Assembly (NCBI RefSeq): GCF_001194135.2
Contig: NC_068983.1
Location: 38,826,643 to 38,890,642 of the forward strand
DNA length: 64,000 nucleotides
Reading direction: 5' to 3'
From: Octopus bimaculoides
Lineage: Eukaryota
The number at the start of each line of letters is the position of its first letter. Position 1 is the first letter of the stretch. Both the position numbers and the translations under genes were made by a program. The notes under the pieces were generated by a model. The model saw nothing but the letters and a program-made list of their open reading frames with translations. It was not told the DNA's origin and ran no database searches. Of this stretch, positions 52,083 to 64,000 are shown piece by piece.

Positions 52083-54236
52083 TTGAAGGAACACAAAGCA
52101 GAATTTCCAGTCAAATTGAAGAAATTACATACTTTAATGTATGGAATTTAGAGAGTTGAATGGTGACCTCACTATTACCAGTGGCACAGAAAAGGCACCT
52201 GGTACATGCTGTAATGTGATTAGTGTGAGGAAGGGCATCCAGCCATAGAAACCATATCAGACACTGGAGCAGTCCTTGGATCACTCAGATCTTGTCAAAC
52301 CATCCAGCCTGTGTCAGCATGGAACATGCACATTAAATGATGATGGTGATAGTGGTGATGATGGTGGTGGTGATAATGATGGTGGTGATGATGATGGTGG
52401 TGATGATAGTGCTGGTGGTGGTTGTGGTGGCGGTGATGACTTTAATGTATTTAGTCTATTGCCTTGGTCACTGATCTTAATATTTTTTAAGTGGTCACAA
52501 CTGAGATGTGTTTTACTAAGTCATACCAGAAATCTCTGTCTTCCATTAGCTTTGGTAGGTCCTCAACTTCTCTGCAAATAACATCAATGTAGATGTAAAG
52601 TCTTTGTCCTGCACTAGGCTGTGCAAGTTTCCAAAATATAACTTCTGATATAACCTGAGATTCAGCATGATATATTGATTGGCTAGCAAACTCTACCCTG
52701 TATTGATCTACAATAATAGAGATGGATGGAATGTGTCTATAAATCTCTTCTTTGGTCTTGTGTCATGCTCATGCTATGAGATATTTTGAGCCCTCAGTAA
52801 GTAATGTCATCCTGTTGAAAGTATCATCATCATCGTCATTATCATCATTTATTGTTTGTTTTCCATGCTGGCATGGGTTGGATGGTTTGAGAGGAGCTGG
52901 CAAGGCTGGAAGCTGTACCAGGCTCTATTGTCTGTATTGGCATGGTTTATGTAGCTGGATGCCCTTCCTAAGGCGAGCCACTTTACAGAGTGTACTGGGT
53001 GCTTTTTATATGCTGCCAGCACCAGTGCTTTTTACATGGCACTATCACCAGTGCTTTTAATGTGACACTAGCATCGACAGGGTCACCAAGTACCTTGCAA
53101 GACAAAGCCCCCTCAACTGGTAGGGTGGAGAAGAGACAGTAGTATTGAATGGGTGTAGCTTTGTGTCAGTTAAGAAATTTAAAGTATTGAAGGGAAAGAT
53201 ATACGGGTTGTACTTTAGCATAGATACATGGATACCCAAAATTGAAAATAAAGGAGAATGTGTTAGCAAGTAAGACAAAGAGAGTGATAGTGAAAGAAAT
53301 GATGGTGAAAATGTGTCAGGACATGCCCTCAAGGAACAATGGGGGTGGTGAGAATAGGTGAGGTAATATAAAGGCTTTGGCTGGGTGAGGCCAGGATGAG
53401 GTGACTGCAGCAAATGATGGAGAGAAATATATGTTATACTGTTTTCTCTTTTTTTTTTTTTTTGTCAGTGTTTGAAAATGCACACAGGCACGCGTTCACA
53501 GGCACACACACACACACACACACACACACATGCACACACATTTATGCATGCATAGTTTCATCTGACTGATGCAGTTGTGGAGAAGGAAAAAGCAGACATT
53601 AAAATGATAATGACACATTCATATGTACATATGTTCATACATGCATATGCATGTACATACATACATACATAGACACACCCCCATATATGTATATACATAC
53701 ACATGCACCCATATATATATTTTTGTGTATACATACATATGCCCATATATGTATACACACATATACACACCCAGATACATACATAGATGCATATATGCAT
53801 GCATGCATGCAGGCATACATACATACATACATACATACATACATGTGTGTATAAGTATGTGTATATAATGTCTATACTTCTATGAATATACTATCTGTGT
53901 TTCTCATCTTCTCCTCCCGGTAACCTCCCCTTTGCTCTCTTTCTATTTCTTTCTTACTTGTTCTATTTATCCATCTTTCTGTCTAGATAGATGGATAGGT
54001 AGGCAAACAAGCAAACAAACAGACAGACAGAGGATAGATAAACCTGATAGCTAAAATAAATTATTGTATTCCTGTCTATCATGCATGTATCCTGTCTAAC
54101 CCGACTGTCAACATTCCTCTCACCTTTTTTCCCCACTCTCTTTTCCAAATCGTGTTTATTTGGATGTAATCCCTCCCTTTATTTTATCACATTTCCCTGC
54201 CCTGTCTTGCCCTGCACTGCCCTGCCCATAGCTCAC

Positions 54237-54270
54237 CTATTTCGCTCACAGTATTGTTCCATCCCTGAGC
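54237..54270 (-). CDS. Candidate exon (SGMEQYCERN or AQGWNNTVSEI)
   Basis: Acceptor tttatttttgacatacag|g, donor ag|gtgagc, 34 nt. Confidence 0.35.
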
Positions 54271-54860
54271 CTGTATGTCAAAAATAAATATTTCATTAGG
54301 CAAGATTTCATTATGAGTTCTGTTGTAAAAATACTGCTGGCTTACACTGCGGGACTGCAGGGTATATTTGTAGTGTAATCACAATTACCAATGCAAACTG
54401 ACAAACCGTATTGATGCTACAACTCACTGAATCATTTATCCTCAATAGATTCAAGATCAATTTTTACTATGTTGACTGGATAAACCTTAGTATAACACTG
54501 ATGCTGGCTATGAAACTTCTATAAAAAAACACTATTCTCAGCTGCATCTCATCTGTTCAGATAACTTTAAGAATTTTTTGTCTTTTATTTTCCTGGTTTA
54601 TTCTTATATTCTTTTACTTGTTTCACTCATCAGAATCATTTATCTTTGCTAGATTCAGTATCAGTTGGACTGTGGCCATGCTTGAGCATCACCTTTAATA
54701 GTTCAGTCAAGCAAATCAGGCCCAGTACTATTTTTTTAAAGCCTAGTATTTATTCTATCAGTCTCTTTTACCTAACTGCTAAGTTACAGGGATGTAAACA
54801 AAACAACATCAGTTATGAAGCAATGGGTGGACAAACACAAAGATACCCATGCACATGCAC

Positions 54861-54906
<46 letters not shown>

Positions 54907-55598
54907 GCACAACAGGCTTCCACACAGTTTCTTATTTCTTTATTGCTCACAAGGGGCTAAACATAGAGGGGAAAAACAAGGACAGACAAAGGGATTAAGT
55001 CGATTATGTCGACCCCCAGTGCGTAAAAGAGTAAATATTTTAACAAAATTATGCTAACTAAAGGTTTAATGTGACAAAATTATTTATGGGAAAAATTATT
55101 TTTATGTCTTCATTAAAATCATTACTTTTTTCTCTTCATGGTGCAGTATTAATCAAACAATAACAGTAATATACTGAGGATAACTCAGTCCACTTTATGA
55201 CCCAACTCTTCACCCTGTAAAAATTGACGTTGTGAAAGAAAAATGAGGAGATATTATTCTACCTCTTATTTTGCAGAAAATTCCTTTTGAGTGAAATGGT
55301 TCTGTATATGAATATATATGTATTTGATGATTTAATGCGAAGAAAAGTTCATAAAATTAATGAACTGGAGCAGAATACATGTCTTTACATATCTTACATT
55401 CAAATATTTAGACAGAAGCATGTTTGATGGGAAGCTTTTAAGGTACATCATTTGTTTATTTTTCCATGAATCACCATCGTTATCAACAACAAAAACAATG
55501 CTAGCAGCATCATGTTCTTTTTAATGTTGTCTTTTCATGTTGTCATAGATTGTATAGATTCTGTTTGTCTGTCTGTCTGTCTGTCTCTCTCACTCTCA

Positions 55599-55645
<47 letters not shown>

Positions 55646-55710
55646 TCTCTCTCTCTCTCTCATGCAGTGATTTGAATGTAAGGTCATTTCCTTTGTCAAG
55701 ATCCATTCCT

Positions 55711-55900
55711 TAACCCTGTTGTTACTGTACTTCTTATTGAAATACACAGACCCCTTGTTTTAACTAACTTTGAAAATAAGGAGGAATTTCATGAAAGTAA
55801 TTTTTTCATTATGTGTCTGGTGTTTGGAACATAAATTAACATGAAATTTTGATGGAAGTTTACTTTCATTTAGATCACTTTAAAACAAGATATATGTGTC
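55711..55900 (+). mobile_element. TTAA-CCC-type MITE remnant (related piece at about 49375-49575)
   Basis: 'ttaaccct...' start and shared body 'ggtgt.tgga.acataa..t.aca'. Confidence 0.5.
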
Positions 55901-58439
55901 ATAATACCAGGGGTGGGGTTATCAAAAGAGTTAAGATCAATCCTAACTCTCATTCAGGCTCTCACTTGCCTAATAATCCCCAATTGGTTTTTCATTCTTA
56001 GTTGAATTGATTTTGAGAAAAGCGTAACTCTGCCATTGAATTGACACTTATCTATAATAATAAATGCCAAAACGAATTTCTGTGTGTCAGTGTGTCACAC
56101 TTTGAACTCTCTCTCACTATTCAATGACACTTCTACTTCTCTTGCTGAGGTGAGAGTAATAGTAGGCAGAGAGACGGTGAGGGTGGTAGTAGATTGACAG
56201 TTGAGATGGTAATGTGGTGATAGTAATAGTATGAACTGTAGTTGTGATAGAGGCAAAGGTGACAGGGATGATGGTGGTGGTGGTAGCTGAGGCGGTCAAG
56301 CATGATGGTGATAGTAAGGGATATGAAAGACGGTGGTGATGGTGGTGGAGGGGAAGGTAGCGAAGTCAAAGGTGTTGATGGTGGTGACGTCGGAAGTCTG
56401 AATGGTGTGTGTATGGCAGTTGTAGTGGTGATAGTGGTGATACTGGTGATGGTGATGGTTGAAAACAATCAACAGAAAGAGAGAGAGAGAGAGAGAGGGA
56501 GAGAGGGAGAGAGAGAGAGAGAAAGAAAGAAAGAAAGAAAGAGGTTAAACAGGAAAAAAATTGTACTGGCCCCTGAATGAGAAGACAAAAAATGTTGTTT
56601 ATCATGAAGCTTTGCAATAAGTTCCAAGTCAACATATCATAACATTGTTTTGACAAAAACTGTTCATTGCTTGAAAAATATTGGTCAAGTTTAATAAAAT
56701 TTAATATGTACTCAATGCATGAAGTGTCATTATTGGGTTCAAGGCCCAATGATGAGCCCTCCAATAGGAGCTAGTAGCTAATAAATGCGCTGCTATGGTC
56801 CAGTAAGGGAGCCTCTCCAAGTTTTCTCAACTTGCTAGAAATAAAGCAAACTTCCTTCAGATCACATCCTACCATCTTAAAATGAAAGGACCTGTTGGGC
56901 AGTGTAAGGTTAGATATACAAGCACCTTTGATAATGTGTCTGTTCATTCATAGCTTTGATCATGGCTGACCTGGGCTAAGCAACAACGACTGTAAATCTC
57001 CATAAGCTACAGAATGAAGGAAAAATTTCCAAATGAACACTTGACTGGCTAGTGATGGCAGCCAGCTGTCCCTCATATCGTACTCTGTCTTCTTGAACAG
57101 TGCTAGATACAGTACATCTGAAAATAAGATGGGATAGCATGGATGGTATACTTGATCAACTAGAGTTAATCGGGGGATAAACAGCAACCACAAAAAATCC
57201 ACTGCTTACAATCCAAAACTGAAATCTGCTCTGGTTTCTCCTTCGTCATTTAGCCTGATGAGACAAAGAACTTAGCTGAAGCTAGGACAGGTAAAATAAG
57301 TTACTTGGGTATGAGTGTGTTTCAAGTATTGTTGTTGACTGGATACTTTTTTGTAGCATATTGGTAGCCGATGTCCTCAAGCTTGAAAGTCTTGGCACTT
57401 CTGATGTGCCTTACACAGAATTACAATGCATTATGAAACCTGGAACTAAGAACTAAAACCTGAAATGATGGAAAAAATACAAATTATCTTCTGCTTCTGT
57501 TTTCTTCCATCAATTTTTCTTTAACACTGAACACCTTTGACTCTCAACTAACGTTTTTTGAGAACTTAACCTATTTTTTTCCTGTGGATGTATTCATCTC
57601 ATTTAACTTCCAAGCTTTACTGCGGCCTTCCAACTGACAAAGGTTTCCAGGTTCAAGATTTTAGAAGAATCTTTTATTTTCCCAATGTGCAAAATACAAA
57701 AATCAAGTGAAAAATTACTTGTGCAAAACAAAAAGCAAAAGTATATATGAAACAATGCATGCATACAGTTATGGAATAAAGACACACTCAGAACAGAAAT
57801 TAATCAATGTGGGTGGTCGCCATGACAGTGAATGGTGTGTTCCACAGAAATGAACGTGATGCTTTTATTTTATGAACACTATAAAGATCTAAAAGTAGAT
57901 TAAAAATGAGGAACCTTGGTTAAAATGAAAGCGAATCATTGTATTAACATTATGCAAATCTATAACAATTCAGAATTTAATGCTTGACTTTCTATTTGAG
58001 ATTTTCAGTGCTGAATCCATTTAAAAATTTATATTTTGGGAAAATTTTATAAGTGAAGCAATTCATATTTTACTGCTCTGTTATCTTTCACTCACATATA
58101 GAACATTTAGTGCCATATTATATTATATTAGCTTTGCACAGAGATTATATCATTGCCAATAAGGGTTATCCAAGGCGTGGTTATTGCCAGTTGAAAAAAC
58201 AATTTTTTTTACTATATTGTATATATTAGGTATCTTAATAATATTTAATGTTACCTGGTTATGAGAATAGTTCTAATTCTTCTGGTAATGTCAGTTGCAA
58301 CAAATGTTTTAAAATTAATTTCGGGAAGTAGAAGAAAAAAAGTCAGTGACTATGACTGACCTTTGTAGATTTTCTCAGACTGGTGAAATTGAGGCAAGTG
58401 CATCCAGTAGTCAAGAGTGGAGGTATTATACTCTCTCTC

Positions 58440-58923
58440 TCTTTTACTCTTTTACTTGTTTCAGTCATTTGATTGTGGCCATGCTGGAACACCACCTTTA
58501 GTCAAGAAAATTAACCCTAGGACTTATTCTTTGTAAGCCTAGTACTCATTCTATCGGTCTATTTTGCTGAACCACTAAGTTATGGGGACGTAAACACACC
58601 AGCATTGGTTGTCAAGCGATGTTGGAGGGACAAACACAGACACACAAACATATACACACACATACATACACATATATANNNNNNNNNNNNNNNNNNNNNN
58701 NNNNNNNNNNNNNNNNNNNNNNNNNNNNNNNNNNNNNNNNNNNNNNNNNNNNNTATATACGAGGGGCTTCTTTCAGTTTCCGTCTACCAAATCCACTCAC
58801 AAGGCTTTGGTCGGCCCGAGGCTATAGTAGAAAACACTTGCCCAAGGTGCCACGCAGTGGGACTGAACCCAGAACCATGTGGCTGGTAAGCAAGCTACTT
58901 ACCACACAGCCACTCCTGCGCCT
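58440..58923 (-). mobile_element. Family A SINE, full length; internal microsatellite contains a gap
   Basis: Complete tail and head; N-run 58679-58753 lies exactly in the (CA)n(TA)n core. Confidence 0.93.
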
Positions 58924-59067
58924 ACTACTTGCTTAATCAGAAGATTGGACACCATTATAGTAGCGGAGAAACAGTGAGAAAGAATCAGTGTGCTTGTGTA
59001 CCACTGTTTGCAGCATGTTGGTGAGTGAGTATTAATCAGTCAAGTGTTACTTGTTACTTGAACTTAC

Positions 59068-59115
59068 TGGCGATTCCACATATTTCATGTGCTATTGCTC
59101 TCAGTAAAGCAACAG
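59068..59115 (-). CDS. Candidate exon (VALLRAIAHEICGIA)
   Basis: Acceptor cacacctccttctgtcacag|, donor |gtaagt, 48 nt, single open frame (phase 1 to 1). Confidence 0.4.
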
Positions 59116-61625
59116 CTGTGACAGAAGGAGGTGTGTGCCCAATTTCATGATTAAACTTAAATATTTAGCACTCATGTTATTTAAAAATTCTCAAAACTAT
59201 CTCAAAGATACAGAATAAACTATTTTCTCAAATTATGAAAATGTACCACCAGAGGTGCATATAGCAGTTGTGTGAAGTTTGTAATGAACTACTAGTGGTA
59301 CATGTGGCAGTTAATGTGTTAAGATATTTTGGTATGTGTAGTAGCAGTACTGTACCAGATATATATGAATTGGACTCCATAGTAGATTGCTCTTGCACTT
59401 TTTAGAGGATCAAAGACTAATTGGAGGTTAAGTATTCTATGGCTCTGAAGAGGAAACTTTGCCTTTGAGATGCTATTTCTTGGCCATAGATTGTGCTATA
59501 AATTAAATCTTCATAGCATAGGTTTGTGTGTTGTTTATGTGAATAGAGGGTGTGGTGCAATGATGGAGTCATTGTGATATTGAAGGAGACAGAGTTGTGA
59601 GGTTTCCATTCATTTAATCAAGTGCACGGCATATCTGGGCTTGAGGTGTTGTGTGGATGATGCTCATGTGCAGAATTTTAAAAGGCAAAAGGTAATAACA
59701 TCTCTGTAAAAGTATGGATGGTTAGAAGTAACACCAAGTAGATCATTTAAGATATGTGTGGAAGACACAGCTAGATGTGTGAATACCAAGGGATAGAATA
59801 TATGTTGGAGTGATCTCTGTCAGTGTACACTGCTATGGAACAGTATGATGGAAACCTTCTAGTCCAACAGATGAGATAAGGCCAGATGGGAAAAATCATT
59901 ATCCATTATCATTAGCCATCTGTTTAGGTAGTCCATGATGTGTTAGTATATGATGCAATTACTAATATATTTTACAACAAATATTGTTTGTTATTGATGT
60001 GACCCTGAAACGAAAATAATAAAACATCTAATAGAAAGTTGGCTGCAAGAATGCTGTCAGAGTTAAATATTTTGTGCACTCTTTGGACCAGAAAAACAAC
60101 AACAAAAAAAAGAAATAACTAATAAAATGATAGTAAATGACTGGTTAAATAAATGTACAGCCAGTACCTTGTGGGAAACCAATTCATATAATCAAATAAA
60201 CATTGTTTGGTGAGTTATATAGCTAAATAAAGTTTTATAACATTATGTTTCGTGACAAAGTTTTAGAACAGTGTAGTTCACCAAAGGTGTGCAATATAAA
60301 AAGAAACAATAATTTATAAACTAAATAACAATTTAAAGACTTCAGGACAATAAATATTCTTTCTTCTACAGATAGTAAATAACGACATTAAGTACACAGT
60401 AAAGTATATGTTAATGCTTCAAACAAACAATTTGAAGAGTATCTAAACATAACAAGACACACTGAAATATCGAAGTCAAGTTATATATGAAATATTACCA
60501 TGTTATTGTTACTGTTTAACCCTAGATTGGCTCTGATCAAACAGGTCTATGATCACAATCATTCCACAAGAGCGTGACCATTCCATCTTTTTTTTTTTAA
60601 TATTCTACATTATGTAATGTGACCTTCCTTTATTAAGACAATTGTTGGGGGAAAATTTAGTTGTCGTCTCTTGTAAGTCAAAACAGCCTTGTTGAAGCTT
60701 TCTTGTTGGCTTGTATTTCACATAAACAGGTTGTATTTGGTTAGTTCTATAAATGAAGATATTTATATGAATTACTGGAAGAAGCTAAGACTGAAGTATT
60801 AAAAATGAAGAATTTCTTTGGTATATAGGAAAACACATATTTACGTAGCAAGAAGAAATAGGAATGTAAATTTGATGTTTTTTTTCCATAAGTATTATCA
60901 GCATAATACTTAATATATAAAACTCTATGTAAAACTTACAACATAATACTATCAACATAAAAATATCAATCGTATAATGCTTAAGACACTATATCCTTCA
61001 AAAATTCCATGCTTTCCCAAATTCACCAACATTACTCCTGATGTACCTATACATCTTTTTTCCTTTGTGGTTCTTTCAGTGTTCACTTTCTTTCTTTTTT
61101 TTCTGTGTTTATTCTGTGTACTGTGCAAGTACATTTAGCTTCCATTGCTGTCTTTCTTTATGTGACTTATTTATTGTTTTCTATCTCGTCAACTAACCTT
61201 TTCCCAACAAGTTGTAGTGCACCTGAGCACTGTATACAATCAGCCCATTATTTGGCAGAATCACTGGTATGTCACAAAAGTGCATTAGTAGTATTTCTTC
61301 TGGCTCTTTACGTTCTGAGTTCAAATGCTACCAAGATCAACTTTACCTTTCATCTTTCTGGGATTTATAAAATAAAGTACCAGGGGTTGATTCAATCGAT
61401 TAACTCACAAAAAAAAAAAAAAGAATGCTGGCCTTTTTATTCTTTTATTCTTTTACTTGTTTCTGTCATTAGACCACGGCCATGCTGGGGCACTGCCTTG
61501 AAAAACTTTAGTTGACTGAATTGACTCCAGTGCTTATTTTTTAAGCCTACTTTTTATTCTATCAGTCTGTTTTGCCAAACTGCTAAGTTATGGAGACATA
61601 AGCACACCAACACCAATGGTGGAGA

Positions 61626-61657
<32 letters not shown>

Positions 61658-62270
61658 ATGTACATATACGTATACATATGATGGATTTCTTTCAGTTTCC
61701 TTCTACCAAATCCACTAACAAGACTTTGGCCAGCCTGAAGCTATAGTAGAAGATACTTGCCCAAGGTGCTATGCAATGGGACTGAACCCGGAACTATGTG
61801 ATTGAGAAGCGAACTTCTTACCACACAGCCACACCTGCACCATGTTGTAAAATTTGAAATAATTATTAATGGTTCTAAGGTTTGAAACCAGGTCACCATT
61901 TCACTTCACCAACATTTTCATTTTCTTCTGGCTATTCAGTCACTCTGAAATAAATAATTACCTTATTGACCTTTACAATAAATTCTCAGGGAACTGTCCT
62001 AGTCACTGAAAGTTAAATTTTCTGATCTGTCGCGCTTGACCTAAAGTATTTAATGGGCTGTTGACTTGGAATTCTGCTTCTAACAGGAAGTGTTTTTTTG
62101 GTTTTTTTGTTTTTATTTCTGTTTTCACTACCATTCACGTCCACAGTTTATTTACCCACTCCTTCCTATAAAAGACTTTCATTAAAACATATGTACCTCC
62201 CCACTTAATATATATATTACACTTAATGTACATTACATGTGAAAATCACACATGTGTGTATATCTGTGTG

Positions 62271-62375
<105 letters not shown>

Positions 62376-62541
62376 ATATATAAATATAGATTTGAATATG
62401 AATGTATACACTCAAAGATATATATGCAAATCAAATATACAAAGACCGAATTAATACATATATTATTTACCTTTCTGTATTCATGGTCTAGTTCATGACA
62501 CTTTCATAAATTTTGTGTGCGTGTGTGTGTGTGTGTGTGTA

Positions 62542-62690
62542 CAGGGTGTTCAATCAATAAGGCTGCATTTATTATATTTAATATCTAAAATGCCTTATAT
62601 TTGAATGACTGAACTCCACTGTGCATATGTATTGAGTACTTCTCGGTTCATCTGTTTATTCAAAACTCACACACCTCTCTGTCTCTCTCT
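62542..62690 (+). mobile_element. Tc1/mariner-like terminal fragment
   Basis: TA|CAGGGTGTTCAATCAATAAGG start; matching other end not found. Confidence 0.4.
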
Positions 62691-62699
62691 GTTTCTGTA

Positions 62700-63085
62700 G
62701 ATACAGGCACAGTTCTGTGTTAAGAAGTTTGCTTCCTGACCATATGGTTTCGGATTCAGTTCCACTGTGTGACATCTTGAGCAAATGTCTTCTACTTTAA
62801 CCCCAGGCCAACCAAAGCCTTGTGAGTGGATTTGGTTGATGGAAACTGAAAGAAGCCCATTGTGTGTATATGTATGTTACTGTCTTCTTTCCTTGACATC
62901 GCATGTCACTGTCACTGCCTTGCAAGTGATGTCCCTTGTTTCCAATCTTTTGGGACATGTCTGATCATGGGGAAACATTACCTATTTCGGAACAGGTAAG
63001 GGTTGGTGACAGGAAAGGCGTCTGCCTCAACAAATTCCATTCGATCCAAGTAAGCATGGAAAAGTGGATGTTAAATGATGACATA
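62700..63085 (+). mobile_element. Family A head joined to the alternative RTE-type tail
   Basis: Family A head 62700-62860, then 'gtctt..ccttgacatcgcatg...ggttggtgacaggaaaggcgtc...gcatggaaaagtggatgttaaatgatg'. Confidence 0.8.
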
Positions 63086-63642
63086 TGTATTCTTTTATTC
63101 TTTAACTTGCTTCAGTCATTTGACTGCAGCCATGCTGGAGCACTGCCTTTAGTCAAATAAATTGATCCCAGGACTTATTCTTAGTAAACCTAGTACTTAT
63201 TCTACAAGTCTCTTTTGTCGAAATACTAGGCTACAGGGATGGTGGGGGATAAACACAGACACACAAATATATATATTTATATATATTTTGAGCATGGCCA
63301 TTGCCAGTACCGCCTGACTGGCCTTCGTAGGATTTTCGAGCGAGATCGTTGTCAATGCCCCTGGACTGGCTCTTGTGCGGGTGGCACATAAAATACACCA
63401 TTTTGAGCGTGGCCGTTGCCAGTACCGCTTGACTGGCCTTCGTGCGGGTGACACGTAAAAGCACCCACTACACTCTCTGAGTGGTTGGCGTTAGGAAGGG
63501 CATCCAGCTGTAGAAACTCTGTCAAATCAGATTGGAGCCTGGTGTTGCCATCCGGTTTCACCAGTCCTCAGTCAAATCTTCCAACCCATGCTAGCATGGA
63601 AAGCGAATGTTAAACGATGATGATGATGATGATGATGATATA

Positions 63643-64000
63643 TCTTAATATATAAAGCTGAAATTGTGCGTTTGTGTGAAGCCTTTTTGAAAGTTTATAA
63701 AAATCCACATTTTCCACTTTTTCGTAAAAATTTTTACATCAATGGAATTTTCTCGATCTGAACTTTCTAGTGCAGTAATTAGATTTTTAAAATTCCGTTT
63801 ACTTTGTGTGATTTAAGGGAGATTTGGCTGTCGTTTCTAGCAATTTTTATATTTCATCCCTTCTACTTGGAACGTCGTTCTTACACACGCGCTCAACATA
63901 AAAATATAGAGAGTAACAGTGGGAGAGGGAGAGAGAGAGTAAGTGATACATACAACGTCATAGATTAAACTTTCATCTCAGTATTCTTTACCTATTTTTC
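63643..64000 (+). mobile_element. Probable non-autonomous Helitron 5' end (runs off the window)
   Basis: A|TCTTAATATATAAAGCTG start, typical of Helitron 5' TC termini; retains CpGs; 3' CTRR end not in window. Confidence 0.5.

Overview
AT-rich metazoan nuclear DNA, most likely an octopus/cephalopod. This is inferred from the very dense (TA)n/(CA)n/(GAT)n microsatellites and from tRNA-derived SINE families of the octopus type. There are 8 assembly gaps. None of the supplied six-frame ORFs is a convincing intact gene. Most are microsatellite, gap or SINE artefacts, and a few are decayed transposon ORFs. The window is dominated by repeats: (i) about 20 copies of a tRNA/CORE-like SINE with a built-in microsatellite and two alternative 3' tails; (ii) about 19 copies of an RTE-tailed element with an internal VNTR; (iii) about 10 MetaSINE-like copies, some with clear TSDs; (iv) a further tRNA-SINE group with shared tails; (v) MITEs (piggyBac-, Tigger- and Helentron/Helitron-like); (vi) decayed ORF remnants of HERO-type RLE retrotransposons (2 copies), a CR1/L2-group LINE, an RTE LINE and a Tc1 transposase. 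The most notable non-obvious signal is four sequence-unrelated type I hammerhead-ribozyme folds (16759-16850 -, 19895-19967 +, 28810-28848 +, 34858-34902 -). Two have nearby inverted repeats, as expected for Penelope-like element termini, and each carries core or stem lesions. Several short minus-strand segments with good splice signals can be joined in phase, hinting that the window lies in the introns of an unidentified gene. This is tentative. Repeat boundaries were read by eye and are approximate unless TSD/TIR positions are given.
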